Below, piece after piece: positions 37,997 to 51,071 of a stretch of DNA of 64,000 bases (positions within the stretch are counted from its first letter, which is position 1; each line of letters starts with the position of its first letter). Below the pieces are notes generated by a model, which was not told where the DNA came from, made no database searches, and was given only the letters and a program-made list of their open reading frames with translations. Location of the stretch: the IMG/VR virus record IMGVR_UViG_3300047312_000104; one strand, written 5' to 3'. The position numbers were made by a program, and so were the translations under genes. The DNA is from an uncultured virus (IMG/VR IMGVR_UViG_3300047312_000104). Taxonomy: Duplodnaviria; Heunggongvirae; Uroviricota; Caudoviricetes.

Positions 37997-40644
37997 GCGG
38001 ACTTGCGCGATGACTTACGAGGCTTCCTCTTAGGCGGCTCGTACACAACGGCACAAACCACCAAATCAATCAACCCCTGGAGTGAGACAGGGGTGGAGAG
38101 GGCGAGACTTATAGACCCAAGAACGCCCTCATGAGCTTTTATCTGTATCGTCCTATCGTCTGGGTTGTACATAAGACGAAGTGCCCCCCACGGGACTGAC
38201 TCGTAGCTCTTCAGGTCACCAGATTTGGCTGCCTTGATAAATTGATCTAGTTTCACAGTTACTCCTCTGACAGCTCTTCCCGTTCATTCTCGTCCATTGC
38301 TTCCCATAGAACATCCATCTGGTCCAGAATGAACTGTTCCGAGATAGACTCTTGACCCCCGTGGTAATCCCTTAGGCGGAATAACTGGAGCGCGAGGTCC
38401 CGATACCTCTCCATTGGCGACAAGGGTTCCACGGGCGGCTTAGCGGTTGTACCACTGTTGCCGAGGGCTGGCATTTGGCCCATAACCAAGTCGTTTCTTT
38501 TCCTCGTCGGAGAGACTGTCCCACACTGGTCTTACTTGGTTTATGAGCCACTCTTCTTCAACCGGAAGGCTTTCTTGGTCTAGTTTGTTTCGATAGAGTC
38601 GCCGTTCGAGCTCGCGAAGACGAGCGACCGCTTCGGTAGAATCAGCAATAGGTGGGTAGATTAAATCGACCAGTTGAGCCTTGTCCATCGCACCATGGGG
38701 AGGTGGGACCGGGCGGGATATGTCGATGTCTGAAGGCGGGTTACGGCAGCCCTTACTGGTGTCGTATGTTCCTTCTGCGATTATGACCTGGGCGTCAACG
38801 ACCCTTTCGACGCTGCGCATGATCCCGTCCTTATCCACGAACAGTGCCCGGACCATTTGGGGGTCACTGCACAGTTCATCGGAGTCGCCTGGTTGAGCAT
38901 CGGGGTAACGCATTTGAATCCTTAGCAGAGGTTCTCGTACGAGTCACAAACAATCAAGAAGACAGCCCTGAGCTCTTCAGCGGATAGTTCCTCAAGGCGC
39001 CGTTTGGCCGCCATATCGCCAGAGCGACTGAACCCCTGGGTGAAGAGGAACTCCATGGTCCGGACAATCTCTTGCATCTGGCCCCTGAAGTGCTCACCCT
39101 TGTCATCCCGAACCTTAAGGATCAGGAGGTAGTAGGCGGCCCTCCAGAGCTCCCTATGGATCTCTTCCAGGAGCTTGTCCCGAGACATCGCGCCTGAATG
39201 ATCGCGATGGTATGTCTCGGGGTCTAGGAGGTCACAGGTTCCGTAGAGGCCACCCTGGTACACCGTCTCGGTCCCGTAGGGCCAATGGGCCTCTACGGGG
39301 CACACCTGGTTACATGGCTTGCGCCCAATCGCGTCCAAGAACCCCTCACAGTTCCGGCCGGTCTCCAGGAGCTTAGAGGCAGTCTGGAGGTGGAAACAAA
39401 GGGCCGAGTTCATGTTCTTGAGGGTGCAGATTTGGTCCGTTGGGGCCATCTGGTCCATCTTGTCTTGGAGCTCACCATTGGACCACCATGACAGGTCGAT
39501 CCACGGTTCGATTGGTTTGGGGTCGGTCATGGGGTTACTGGATGTACCGCGAGCATTGCTGGGGTGGCGTGGATCTGGTCCAACAGTCGACGGAACAGTT
39601 CCAGCGTCTCCTGGATCGTCTCGGTATCTCCGGGACTATAAGATTGGGCACACCTGATACGGAAGAGACTGCGCTCAGCCGCGTCGATGTATCCGTAGAG
39701 CTGCGGGGTGGAAACCTTGGGGGTTAGGTCGGGGTCGCTCATCTGGACATCCAGCATGCCCAGTCGGTCACGTAGCAGTTGTGGAGACCAATCAAAAGTA
39801 GAATGGCGGCCGCGGACGTGAACCCGATTGCGGTCCAACGAGCGAACCAATCCTCGCTCAGCGGGGTTGAGCTGTGGTGGGTAGCCCACCTGATGATCAC
39901 AGATGCTTCCCAGACGATGAAGCAACTAAGGATGATGGCAGCGAGTTGAGCATGGTCCATAGGGTCCCTTTGGGTCAGTAGAGGTAATGGAGGCCGATCA
40001 AGAGGAGTGCGGCGGAGTACGCGACAGCGCCCGTAAGGGCCATCCCGGCAACGTCTTTCAGCGTGATTGAATCGTCATCATCGTCGAAAGCGTACATAAG
40101 GTACCCAACGGTCAACCACACGATCAGTACGGTGGTTGCGATGATAAGCATCTGGGGATGGGTCATTGGTTACTCCGGGATGAGATCGACTTCGTAGACG
40201 GTCCTGATATCGCCAGCATCAGTACGGACCAGCCAAGTGTTGCGGCTAAACGCGCCATAGTCAAGAACCAGCACATGCTGGTGGGTGATCCTGGTGATGA
40301 ACCGGTGGCCTATGTACCGGTAAGGCCCACAGTTGTTGGTAAGCCAGACGACCCCCATGATTATCACAATGCTGAGTGCTGGGATGGCCAACCAGCCTGC
40401 CACTTGGCGAGAGTCCATCACTTGCCCCTAGCGGTGAAGACACCGCAGAGGGCACCCAGGAGGAGACTGACGGGCCAAATGAGGCCCAAGATCAAGCACA
40501 CGATGCGGCCCCCAATGGACAGTTTCTGAGAAGCCCCGGTGTCTGGGTGTCTCTGGCCCTCTTCAGTCCACTGGACCAACTTGACGGCCATGACGAGCCC
40601 AAAGGCCAGGTAGAACCAGCCACCGATGCAAGCCAGGATGATGC

Positions 40645-40866
40645 TCATGAGTACACTCCATGTTCGATTCGTGACAGGATGGCGTCGACCTGAAATGAGC
40701 CGACTTCAGTTTTGGCATGATCGATCGGCCAGGCGCCCCCGAGGGCACGACAGGGGGCCCAGAACCAGTGGGAAGCGGCCTCTTCTGAGCCCAACACGTC
40801 TACGGCATGGTGCCATAACTGGATGAACCCGTAGACGCCCGCGATATCGCCGTTGTGCTCGCTCAC
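40645..40866 (-). CDS. Xre/MbcA/ParS antitoxin C-terminal (DUF2384)-like protein
   Basis: AVDVLGSEEAA.HW...P.RALGG..P......E.G...V..IL.RIEHGVYS. Confidence 0.8.
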   Translation of the reverse strand: MSEHNGDIAGVYGFIQLWHHAVDVLGSEEAASHWFWAPCRALGGAWPIDHAKTEVGSFQVDAILSRIEHGVYS

Positions 40867-42945
40867 TTGCTGTCCTCCGGGAGATCTTTGAGGTCGCTGG
40901 TCAGAACCTCCATGGTGGTGCCATCACGACGCAGGACAAGCATTAGTTGCGGCATGGTGTGGCCTATCACGGATAAGACCAACACGTGCTCATTGGTTCG
41001 GGCGTAGATGAATCGGTGGTTGACGTATTGTTTGTGCTGGCATGTGATACCAATCCCGATGGCCAGTACGAACAAAAAGGCAATGGCGAGGCCAGCCAGT
41101 GGAGCGTAGTCGTCTGAACTCATTTGTCCTCCACAGGGGTCAACTCTTCCCGGAAGGCCAGGATGGTGGTGGGGATCCCTTGGGCATTCGGCTCACGCCT
41201 GATCAGATAGACGGTGCTGCCTCCGTTGTCCACTTCGGCCAGCGGTACAACGGTCTCGCCCGTTATGGACCAGACGCAAGGGCGGTCAAGCAGGTTGGTG
41301 GCTTTGGTGCTGAAGTAGATGCAGCACGCTGAAGTGATCGCGTACACGAGAGTTAACCCGAGACCAACGTAATAGATGACCATAAGGCAGAATGGAGACA
41401 TGTCAGTCATGCGAATCCTTTGGGGGCTCATCGGTAGGGGGGAATCCGCCCCACAGGTCATACTCGTTAGTGTCGAGCCACATATCGCCGGCCTGGCTCG
41501 GAGGAGGGTTCTTGAGCTCGCTCAAGACCTCAGCGGCTGTCCTGGTCCAGAACTCTTGAGTCTTCAGCCCTGCCCTATGTTGGTCTGCGATGTCGATCAA
41601 GACGCGCTCAACCTGTTCGATCATCTTCTCATTGGAAAGCCGGTATTGAGCCCCGGCCAAGTGGGTAGCGGCGCACTGGAGGACCACTGGGATCATATGG
41701 AAATCCATGGGGATAATCGGGTCAGCCCCTCGAATTTTGCGCATATGATTGACAACCAAAAGCAATTCGTGCTCACTCCAAATGGCCGCTGGGATCTCTG
41801 AAGCGCCCCCACAATCCTCGTAGTAGACTCCTCCCATCCCACAACCATCGTCATACCAGTAGACGGAGTGTGCGATGTGGAGAGGGTACCCTGGAGGCGC
41901 TGGAGTACCGTCTTCACGAAGGTTGTCGTCGGTCATGGGACACCTGTGAGGGGATTAACGTCTGATTGACGTACTAGACCGGATACGACGGCATCGAGGC
42001 GACAAGCCGCTATACGCATCTCAGGAGTGATATCGGCTAGTTCCCGAAGAGGCACGTCATGCAACGACCCCGCTGGCGACAGGATAGCGTCCAAGAGTTG
42101 GACAGCTCGCTGGATCGGGTAGGGGCCCCAACCGTTATTCATGTGGGCATACTTGTCGTCCCTCACGAGACCACCTCATCCCCTTCGTGGTCCACCAGGT
42201 AATCGAGGAGGTCCAGGAGTTTCACGAGAGTCTCTGGTTGGAGAGCCACGAGGTACTTGGCCAGGGTTTGGTCCACTGATCCGTCTGCTACCACCCAGTT
42301 GACATCATGCTTGACCTGGTCCGCAGTCAGGGGGCCCTTGGGGAGGATAAGCCGACACCAGCAGTTCTCGCCAGCGTTACAGAGGCCAAGCTTCCAGGAT
42401 GAGCCATGACGCTCCTGCACACCCTTCAGGGCAGCCCTGATCCGCTTACGTTCTTTGGTGAGTCGCTGATTACTCATGGGTGGTCGGCTTCCCAGAAGTC
42501 GATCTCACACAGGATCGCGTTAATGACAGAAATATGGGCTGGCATATGTCGCGTCCCCTCTGCACGACTTTTGGTGAAACGCGAAGTTGAGACCTGGAGG
42601 GCATCGACCCCATCAGCCCCGTCCTTATCCAGGTTCTTTATGGTGCCGTAATCCGTCTCGGCATGCCCGCTGACTTCATCAGGGGTAACTTGAATATTAA
42701 AGAACCAGCCTCGGTCTTCAGCGTTACGCTTATCGGTCATGGTGTCTGCGATGATGCTCATGGGTGCTTGTATCCAAAGGTCACGGTCAAGGTGATGGCG
42801 AGTGCGCTCATCCAATAGCAGACGTCCGCCCATGAGCCGTGGACGGCCCACCTGATGGCGTTCAGGACATACAGGGTAGCGATGACGTAATTGAAAATAC
42901 GGGGGTCGGCCGCGATGTTAAAAAGATAATTTATAAGCCCGTTCA

Positions 42946-43551
42946 TCATGACCGCCCCAGGTATTGTATGGCTGCTAACAAGCGCTGTGGTGAGTCATTA
43001 AACTGCCCTAATCCAGCATTGCAACGGTTACAAAGCAGTCCACGGACTTTACCTGTTGTATGGCAATGATCGACATTCCACCGTCCATGCCGGCCAGGTG
43101 GTTTGTCCGTGCCACATATAGCACACAGACCGTTTTGGCTTGCCAACATAGAATCGAAATCAGCGATAGACAGGTTGTATTTACGGCGTAGCCGTGCTAC
43201 ACGTTGTTCCTCCTTGCGATCCCGATCGTATGAATCTAACGCCACCTTATTGGCCTTACGATAGGCAGCAGCGTAAGAGGCTGCCTTTTCTTTGTGAGCC
43301 TCATAGTAGGCCGCTTTGGCTGCGACCATCTCTTTTTTATGCGTCTTATAGTAAGTGGAGCTAGCAGCAACAATAGCCTCCTTATTAGCCTTATAATAAT
43401 CGGCGTTATAGGCTGCCCTCTCCTCCTTATGAGACTCATAATAGACGGCGGCTCTGACGCTCGCCTCGTTCTTATAAGTCTTACCGCCAGCTAATGTTTT
43501 CCCAGTAGTCATACGTATCACGGGATTATGTTGATGGGGTCCTCGGGTCAA
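42946..43551 (-). CDS. endonuclease VII-domain homing endonuclease
   Basis: YY..HKE repeats then CAICG...VDHCHTTGKVRGLLC..CN.GLG. Confidence 0.9.
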   Translation of the reverse strand: MTRGPHQHNPVIRMTTGKTLAGGKTYKNEASVRAAVYYESHKEERAAYNADYYKANKEAIVAASSTYYKTHKKEMVAAKAAYYEAHKEKAASYAAAYRKANKVALDSYDRDRKEEQRVARLRRKYNLSIADFDSMLASQNGLCAICGTDKPPGRHGRWNVDHCHTTGKVRGLLCNRCNAGLGQFNDSPQRLLAAIQYLGRS

Positions 43552-43557
43552 CCCCTA

Positions 43558-45039
43558 CTAGTACCCATCAACCCTCTTACCGTCCAGAGCACCGCGCATA
43601 GCCGCTACGTGCTCCGGGTCTCTAACGTAGCCGCTTGAGTGTCCGCGCTTAAGTTGTTCAACCTCCAGGAACCTCGAAAAACTATCCGAGTTGGGCGGTT
43701 GGGGTCCCCTGTCTACCTCTTTGCGAGCCCAGTATTCTTTCAGGGCCACGGTAGTGCAGCGCTCCTCGAACTGGGCCCCTGTGGTGTCAGGGTGGGCATC
43801 GGCAATCCCCTCGACCATCTCAGGGTAATCGCACAGGATCCTACGGGCAATCTTGACCCGACCATCGCGGGTCAGGGTCGGCATGGTCATGACCCGATCG
43901 ATCCGGCCAGGGCGAGACACGGCCCCGTTCTCGATCTTGGCCAGCGCAGGGTCCACCTTGTCCAAATGGTTGGTGGTGATGACCAGGAAGATCCCGTTGG
44001 GGTTACCGACGCCCTGGATCGTGTTGAGCAAGCAGTCGAACGAGAGCCCCCCACCCTTCTTATCCAGCACGTTTGAGCGACCTTCGAACACCGCATCGAT
44101 GTCCTCAATGAGAACGATACAGGGGGCACAGTTGCAGATCTTGGCCCACGCCAGGTCCATGTCCCGGTTGGTCATCGTGGCGATGTCGAGGACCAGAATG
44201 GGGATCCCGAGATCCTGCCCAAGGGCCCTCACGAGAGAGCTCTTACCGGTCCCAGGGGGCCCAGTGAGGAGCCATCCACGGCGCCACATGATCTTACGTT
44301 CTTGGTACCAGGCCTTGGACTTGAGCCACCTGCGCGCTTCCTCTACCGCTTCATCGACTTCAGGTGAGAGGGCGAGGCGTTCCATCGGGGCCCCAGCCTC
44401 CAATGGTTCCCCGAGATCGTCATGGGTCCACCCGATCGGATGAGAGGACCTGGAGTCTGCACTAGGGACATCAGTGGTGGCGGCCGGTGGATCGTGGGGA
44501 TCGTGGTCGCCTGTCATCCCAAAGGTCCCCTGGTACCGCTGGACGTAGAAGCGGCTCACGTGCCCGAGTTGTTCCAACCGCGAGTTGTACCCTTGGAGAC
44601 AGTCGAGGATGAACTGCTTGGCACAGAAGGTCCCACGGATGAACGTGATGGACATACGCTCGATCGAGGGCGCGTGGCCGTTCGGGGGACCGCCTTTGTG
44701 CTCTTCTCCGTAGCTGACCAGGATCGGCCGCCATCCCTTCCAGAACACCACAGCTTTCTTTCCGATTACCTCTTTGGCCACCACCTGGGACTTGGAGAGG
44801 GGCCGGACCCACACGGGGCACCCACTGATGTTCCAGAACGCACCTCTCGACACCTTGAGGTGCTCCCAGCAGTACGTAGCAATGGCAGGCGGGATCCACG
44901 AGCCCTCGACCGATACCCTGATGACCATGAGGCCCAGGAGACGATTCAGGAGGGATTTGACGTGGGTCCAGCAGGCAGTCACTAGCCCGGTCCCGAGGAC
45001 CCCAAAGGTTACGAGGGTCGTGGGGGAGATGGCGAACAT
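43558..45039 (-). CDS. BCS1-like AAA+ ATPase
   Basis: WY....I.WRRGWLLTGPPGTGKSS, IVLIEDID, TTNH..K.DPAL, RPGRID. Confidence 0.9.
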   Translation of the reverse strand: MFAISPTTLVTFGVLGTGLVTACWTHVKSLLNRLLGLMVIRVSVEGSWIPPAIATYCWEHLKVSRGAFWNISGCPVWVRPLSKSQVVAKEVIGKKAVVFWKGWRPILVSYGEEHKGGPPNGHAPSIERMSITFIRGTFCAKQFILDCLQGYNSRLEQLGHVSRFYVQRYQGTFGMTGDHDPHDPPAATTDVPSADSRSSHPIGWTHDDLGEPLEAGAPMERLALSPEVDEAVEEARRWLKSKAWYQERKIMWRRGWLLTGPPGTGKSSLVRALGQDLGIPILVLDIATMTNRDMDLAWAKICNCAPCIVLIEDIDAVFEGRSNVLDKKGGGLSFDCLLNTIQGVGNPNGIFLVITTNHLDKVDPALAKIENGAVSRPGRIDRVMTMPTLTRDGRVKIARRILCDYPEMVEGIADAHPDTTGAQFEERCTTVALKEYWARKEVDRGPQPPNSDSFSRFLEVEQLKRGHSSGYVRDPEHVAAMRGALDGKRVDGY

Positions 45040-47790
45040 CAGAGCTCCAGTGGGCCCTATTGTGCCTGGCCATCCTCGGAGTCAAGAAACTTAGGATCGA
45101 GGAACTCGGGAACCCCGCCAGTCGGCCCGTGTTCCCTAAAGCGTCCAGGGTTGGCTTCGAACTCTCGCTGGCAGTGAAGCACGAAGGCCCGCGATATGAG
45201 ATGATCGGCGTGCTTGATCTGCTCTGGAGTACAGACACTCTTGAGGGCCTCGACGGCTTCCTTGGCGTGCCGCAACTGGTTAATCATCCATCCAGGTCCA
45301 CAGTCGCACGGGATAGCGCCCCCACACTCGTCACACTGGGTAGGGTTCATCCCCGGAGACCCTTGAGGTGCTCGTCGGCCATCGCGGTACAGTCCTTGTT
45401 GCCGAAGTGACGCAAACACTCGATCTCCTGTTGAAGATCTAGGATCTCATCTACGAGATGACGAGGCCCGCATTGGCACTCAATCGGGAGATTGCACACC
45501 ATGCACTTCTTCCGCACCACCCCAGCAGCCACCTGGTTGGCCTGCTTGATCAGCTCCTCGTTATCGAACTGGACCGTCTTGCCGTTGTCAGCCTCGACGT
45601 ATATCTCGGTGTCGAGCGAGAATGAGTTAGTGACGAACGTAAATCGGGACTTCTTCATTGGGGGTCCCAGGTGAGGACGGCCTCGACGATCCCGCCCACG
45701 TGGTACTCGATTTGGGCCTTCCAAGAAATGCCACTAAAGGTGGTCTTACACCCGAGCAGCGTCCCGGCCTTCATCACATGATCCACCCCGGCCTGAACTT
45801 TAGCCTCAATCTCGACTTCGGTCAGATCGCGGTAAACCCTGGGGTCCTGACACATCGCGTCACAGTCCTCCACACAGGTTGGAACAAAACCTTCCTCTAG
45901 CGCGGGCGGTACTGGTTGGCCTGGAATCAGCTCCCTCATGTCATCCCAGTCTCGACGAAGGTCCTCAAGGGCCTTGCGGGTGACAACCAAGGTAATGGCA
46001 TCCATGGGAACTTGGTTAACCCGGAAGTTCCTGAAGACTGTAGCGAAGTGATTCCAGGCGCCCTCGCGGGAGGGGATATGGTAGTGCTTGAAGCTCATTT
46101 GGGTTCCGGGGTAGGGGTGATGGAGCGGAGGAGGAGTTCGACCCTAAACGGCATCCCGAGGGTCCTCTTAATTTGTATAATGGCTATCTGGAGGTCAGCG
46201 TACTGGCGGAGGAGGTCGACCCCCTCTTCGGTATCGAGCGCATACGGGACCTTCCCGATTGCGTCTACAGTCAGCTGTGCCTGGGCCACAAAGGCTTCGA
46301 TGGCCCCATTGGTGATCGTCTGGTCCTGCATGGCCTGGTCAAGCTTAGCTAGAAGCTCAGCCGACCGGTCACGGTGGAAGATCACGACATTATGCTCGTA
46401 GGTGGCCGCGCCAGCCTTGATGGCGTATAGCTCAACCCTGCACATCCCAATGACGTAGCCGCAGGCAGTTGCCCCAACGGCGATCAGGATTCCAGTGAAA
46501 TTGTTCTTGGCCAACCGGAAGAGGTTCTTGATGTGTTGGATCATTTGGTGTCCTTAGTTATCTAACGATACTGTTCAGCATCTCGGCTATGTCGCGCGCC
46601 TCATCTTCATCGTCACAGCCACCGATAGCTACTCGGTCATAGCTGTCACAAACAAACCATCCATACTCTGCTTCGATCGTCGTGGCCTTGAACGGAGGAG
46701 CCCAATGTTTGGTGAGGAACCAGCCCAATAGCTCGAAGTGGCTACAGTTTCTAAAGTTGGTGAGCTCTTCCATGTTAGGCCTCTACTTTAGACAGCTTCT
46801 CTTTGGAGAATTCCCACAGGAGCTCTTTCTCACCCCCACGGTCAAACCGTATCACCAGCGTGGGGTAACCACCAAAACCGGTACCTTCCTCAACAACGGT
46901 TCCATTGCCGAGCGCGGTATGGTTCACTCGATCACCAGGGCGGTACTTCACTTTGGTGGACCTTTTAGAAGTTTATCTGGCGCGAATCCCCACTGGAGGT
47001 TTTCGCCTGTCCGGTCAAACCGTATCCCAACCTGAGGGGTACCGGCGAAACTCTTAAACACGCGGGTGACGGTCCCGGGCCCGAACCCCAACCGCGACAC
47101 TCTTGACCCGACTTTGAGCCCTTGAGTCACTTGCGCCTCTTCTTGGGCTTCCCAGTGGTCGAGTGCGTACTGGCCCACTTGAGGGCCTCCGCTGGGTCAC
47201 AGTTGACATTCGGGTGGGGGTAATCCCCGCACCCGTCACAGATTCCCTCAATCGCCCTAACTTCGTCTAGAGCATCGTCGTAGGGGGTCCTCTTAGGCTC
47301 CTCAGAGTCTCCCTTGTGGTCCATGATGTAGTTGACGAGGAGCCGCTCGCAGAAGTGGTTGAAGGTGATACCACGCTCATGGGCCCCTTTGGCCAGAATG
47401 CAGAACTCCTCATCGGTAAGCTCGACGTCGATCATCCCCTCAGACTCGTGGCACCTGGGGTCGGGCTTCTTGGACTTGTTGTGCTTGAGTTTCATTTGGC
47501 CTCCGGGGCAATGGAGTCCAGAGGCGATATGGCGACGCTCTTACCGCCCGCCCCGAGTACAATCAGGTATCGCCGGCCAGTGGCCCCGTCGGTCACCGTG
47601 AACGACTGTGCGTTGTAGTAATCAACCCTGGGTCCATCTTGGACCGTTAGTGGACTAGCGGTCTTGGGTGCCTCAACCGCCGTGAACTCACGCCGCTTGT
47701 CTGGTGGCAGGAAGGCCATGATGAGCGGGACGATGTTGATGAGGATCGCCAACCCGACCCCAATCCCAATACCCTTGATAGCGGTGAAAC

Positions 47791-48486
47791 TCATACGACT
47801 TCTCCCTCTTCGTAGGTGCGCCAGCGACAAACGTTCTTGCGCGTCCCAGAGGCACATATGGTTGCCCCAGAATCGTGCCACACCACCGCTGAATTGCGCG
47901 CGATCTTGAACTGGTATCCGCCCAGCGAGATCCCGATCCCGAGGTCCTCCGGCTGGCCCATCAGGAAGTTAGGGTCCCTAGGGGATTCGATCCACCGGTC
48001 GTATTCGTCAACCCGTGCCAAATCAAGGGACGGCTTGCCATAGCCGGTCCCGGCCATGCTGTACATGGCGTTCCAGATCCGGTCCTCTTCGATCTTCATC
48101 ACATCCTCAAGGAGACGCTGAAGACCAGCCCGTTGGCTATCCGCATCAGAGCCGTCCAGACGCCCCCCGGACGCCACTCGATCGATGAAGACGGGTGATT
48201 CGGTCGGGCCGCGCGGTACCCACATGACCGGCTTCCCATAACCATCTTCGGTCAGGGATATCATCGAAACCCCCTTGGTATAGGCCCAAGGGATAGCGGT
48301 AGGGTACACCTTGAACGGTTCTTGGAACCTCGCCCACTGGATGGCACTAAGGAGCGGGTACTTGGCGGCCGTGACCGGCTTAGGGGCCAGGCACCCAACG
48401 GTAGGGCTTTCCGCGATATTGAAGTGAACAACACAGAACCCGGGGGCGTCGATTGCTTCAGGGGCTAGGGTCACTTGCGCTTCCAT
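47791..48486 (-). CDS. hypothetical protein
   Basis: 231-aa ORF overlapping neighbours. Confidence 0.6.
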   Translation of the reverse strand: MEAQVTLAPEAIDAPGFCVVHFNIAESPTVGCLAPKPVTAAKYPLLSAIQWARFQEPFKVYPTAIPWAYTKGVSMISLTEDGYGKPVMWVPRGPTESPVFIDRVASGGRLDGSDADSQRAGLQRLLEDVMKIEEDRIWNAMYSMAGTGYGKPSLDLARVDEYDRWIESPRDPNFLMGQPEDLGIGISLGGYQFKIARNSAVVWHDSGATICASGTRKNVCRWRTYEEGEVV

Positions 48487-50648
48487 TCTTCCCCAGCGTC
48501 ATCGGGGTCATGTGGGGGTTGGTCCTGCGGGAACTTCTGTTCCCACCCTTCGTCAGGGTGAGGGGAATCGATCCCAAGGTTCATGATCTCCTGGACCTCT
48601 TCGAATGAGATCCCAGCCTCAGCAGCGTTCCCGATAGCCAGGAACCTGAGGTCACGAGAGATGCACAGCTGGAGGTCAGGGGACCCCGACCCCTCGTACA
48701 TGATCTTGTACTTGTCGCCCCCAGTTTCTTCATCGATGGCCACGATCCCGATCATGACCGCCTCATGGCGGCCAAGCAGCTCGTTGACCAACTCAGGGGT
48801 GGTGATGCCGATCAGGCGAGGATCGGGAGTGATGGGATCCTGGTCGGGCTTATCAGTCACGGGTGAGCCTCAGGTTGTATGCAGTGAGGTGTTGACGGAG
48901 GGCGAAGATGAACTGTTTGGCCGTTCTGAACTCACCAGGGGTGAAGAGGAACACAGCAGGGCATGATGGCATAGGCTGATCGGCCTTCATGCCCTTCACC
49001 CAACACTGGATGGTCCCGTCTTGAAATGCCAAGGTGACATCCCCAACCTGCTGATCCTTAGGGGCCCTGTTCGCCTTGCAGGCGTTGAAGAAGATGGTGG
49101 CACGGACGCTCATGTGGCGACCTTCCGATTTCCGGCGTTGTCGATGAGGCTGGAAATCCCATATTTTAAGATTCTGGCGGCGAGGGTCGCTAGGCGCTCA
49201 ATCAGAACATCTGGTTCTTGATTCCGATCGTACCTGATAATCCACTCTTTCTTGCGACCAAGTTTTGGGGTATCGGGAACAAGATCGATCACAGCGTCTA
49301 TACCGTCATGGTGTACCTCGTAGAGGGGTTCGATGCCGGGGTTGTGGTAGGTTATGATGATCTCAGGGGTGGCGAATGCGTTCCCGCCGTGGACCCACTT
49401 CTTGTACTCAAACCGATACCCATTCCCGATCTCGACCGGCATTACACCAGAGTTGCCGTGGATAGAATGGACGAAGATAGCTATGGGGGTCATGCGGTTA
49501 TTCCCTGGAGGGCTAGGTCACGCCTAAGCTGATCCACGTGCTTTTGTATCGCCTTCCTGTCGCGTGGCAAGACCCCATATACGAACCCATCGAGGTTCTG
49601 TTCGTCGTCATAGGCGAGCTCAATCCAGATGACATCATGGGGCCCATGGAAGTCAGGGTCGGTCACCACCATGAGGGTCGCGAGCTTCCCACCCTTGGTC
49701 CTGAGCCTTAGCGAGCGGGGGGTACGCCCGCAAGCGATCTCGATCAGGAAGATCTCAAGGGGAGGGTGGAACATCAGGATCAGTACATTGCTTTACGGTT
49801 GTAGGCGCTGCCAAATAGACCGCCAACCCAAAGGTCGAGTTTGCCGAACAAATCTATCCCGAACTCAGACTGGGCATGCCCGTAGAAAAGTGTCGGCTTG
49901 GTGTACAGTACATGCCATGGGCGGCCGACCCAACCCCCCAGCTGGGCTGAATAAGACCCTACTTCGACCCTCAATAGCGCCGTGATGATACACTTGTCAA
50001 ACGCCAGCTCCGGCCGGATGGAAATTGGTAAGAGATTCATCGGGGGTCCTATAAAGGGTAGCTGATTGCGTTATCGATGACTGGGGCGATGTCTGCCAGG
50101 TAGGAGTCAATGTTCGCAAACCCGCATTCAACTGTTTCACCCCACCAACACGCAAACCCTATAAAGCGGCCACGCCGGGTGATGTGAAAGTCATGCAACC
50201 ACCTGGAATGCTCTGGAAAATAGCCATCGATTATGAGTTCATATGGGACAGCCCGTACCCGCTGAGTCACCCCTGTCTTGATGGCGCGACTCATGGCTCC
50301 CCTGATGGATTGTCGGTATGGGGAGAAGTCCATCAGGGGTCCTCATAGGCCTCGTTGAGTATGATGATGATCCATATCACACAAGTGGCAAACACTACTA
50401 AAAGGGCCAGATCGGTGAGGTCGTAGATCCTGTGGTACATAAGATAGTGGATCACTCGATCCCTAGATAGGCCCTGGCGGACGCTGACGTGACCGCTGCT
50501 CTCTTCTGGTGCTTTCCGGCTTGGATCAGATGGGCTGGACAGGTGGCCATCAAGAAGGTCTCACGAGCCACCGCGTACTGCCACTCAGCCTGGTACTGGA
50601 GTTGGGTCACAATGGCTGGGATGTTGATCGGCCAACTGGAGAGGGGCG

Positions 50649-51071
50649 TCATAGTTCCTCGATGTCCTCTGGTGGGATCTCATCCCCCTCAGGGAACATA
50701 TCTGGGAAATGATCAGGGGTACAGAAGTGGTCCCCCAGGCCGGTCGATACCCAGTCGGGGCTGATCCCGGCTTCGAGGCAACAGAATGCTGCGAGTTCAA
50801 CCCCTTGGTCCCTAATGGATGGTGGGGCATCCATCGACCCTGCATCGATGACCCCGCGGAGAAATTCACCCCCGAGGGATCTGACCTTGATAGGACGGAC
50901 CTTCCCGTCCTCTACGAGGGTCGCGAGTGCGTCAAAGAAGCGCCCACATACACCCGACCGGATGGGCCCCAGTCCTGTGATGAGTTGGTCCCTGGCGTAC
51001 CTACAGGTCTGGGCTGCCACCTCGGGTGACATCGAACCCCAAGCCTCCGGGTCGATCTTCCCGAAAAGCAT
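50649..51071 (-). CDS. hypothetical, paralog of 51071-51448
   Basis: shared W.SMSPEVAAQT and CC.EAGISPD. Confidence 0.75.
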   Translation of the reverse strand: MLFGKIDPEAWGSMSPEVAAQTCRYARDQLITGLGPIRSGVCGRFFDALATLVEDGKVRPIKVRSLGGEFLRGVIDAGSMDAPPSIRDQGVELAAFCCLEAGISPDWVSTGLGDHFCTPDHFPDMFPEGDEIPPEDIEEL

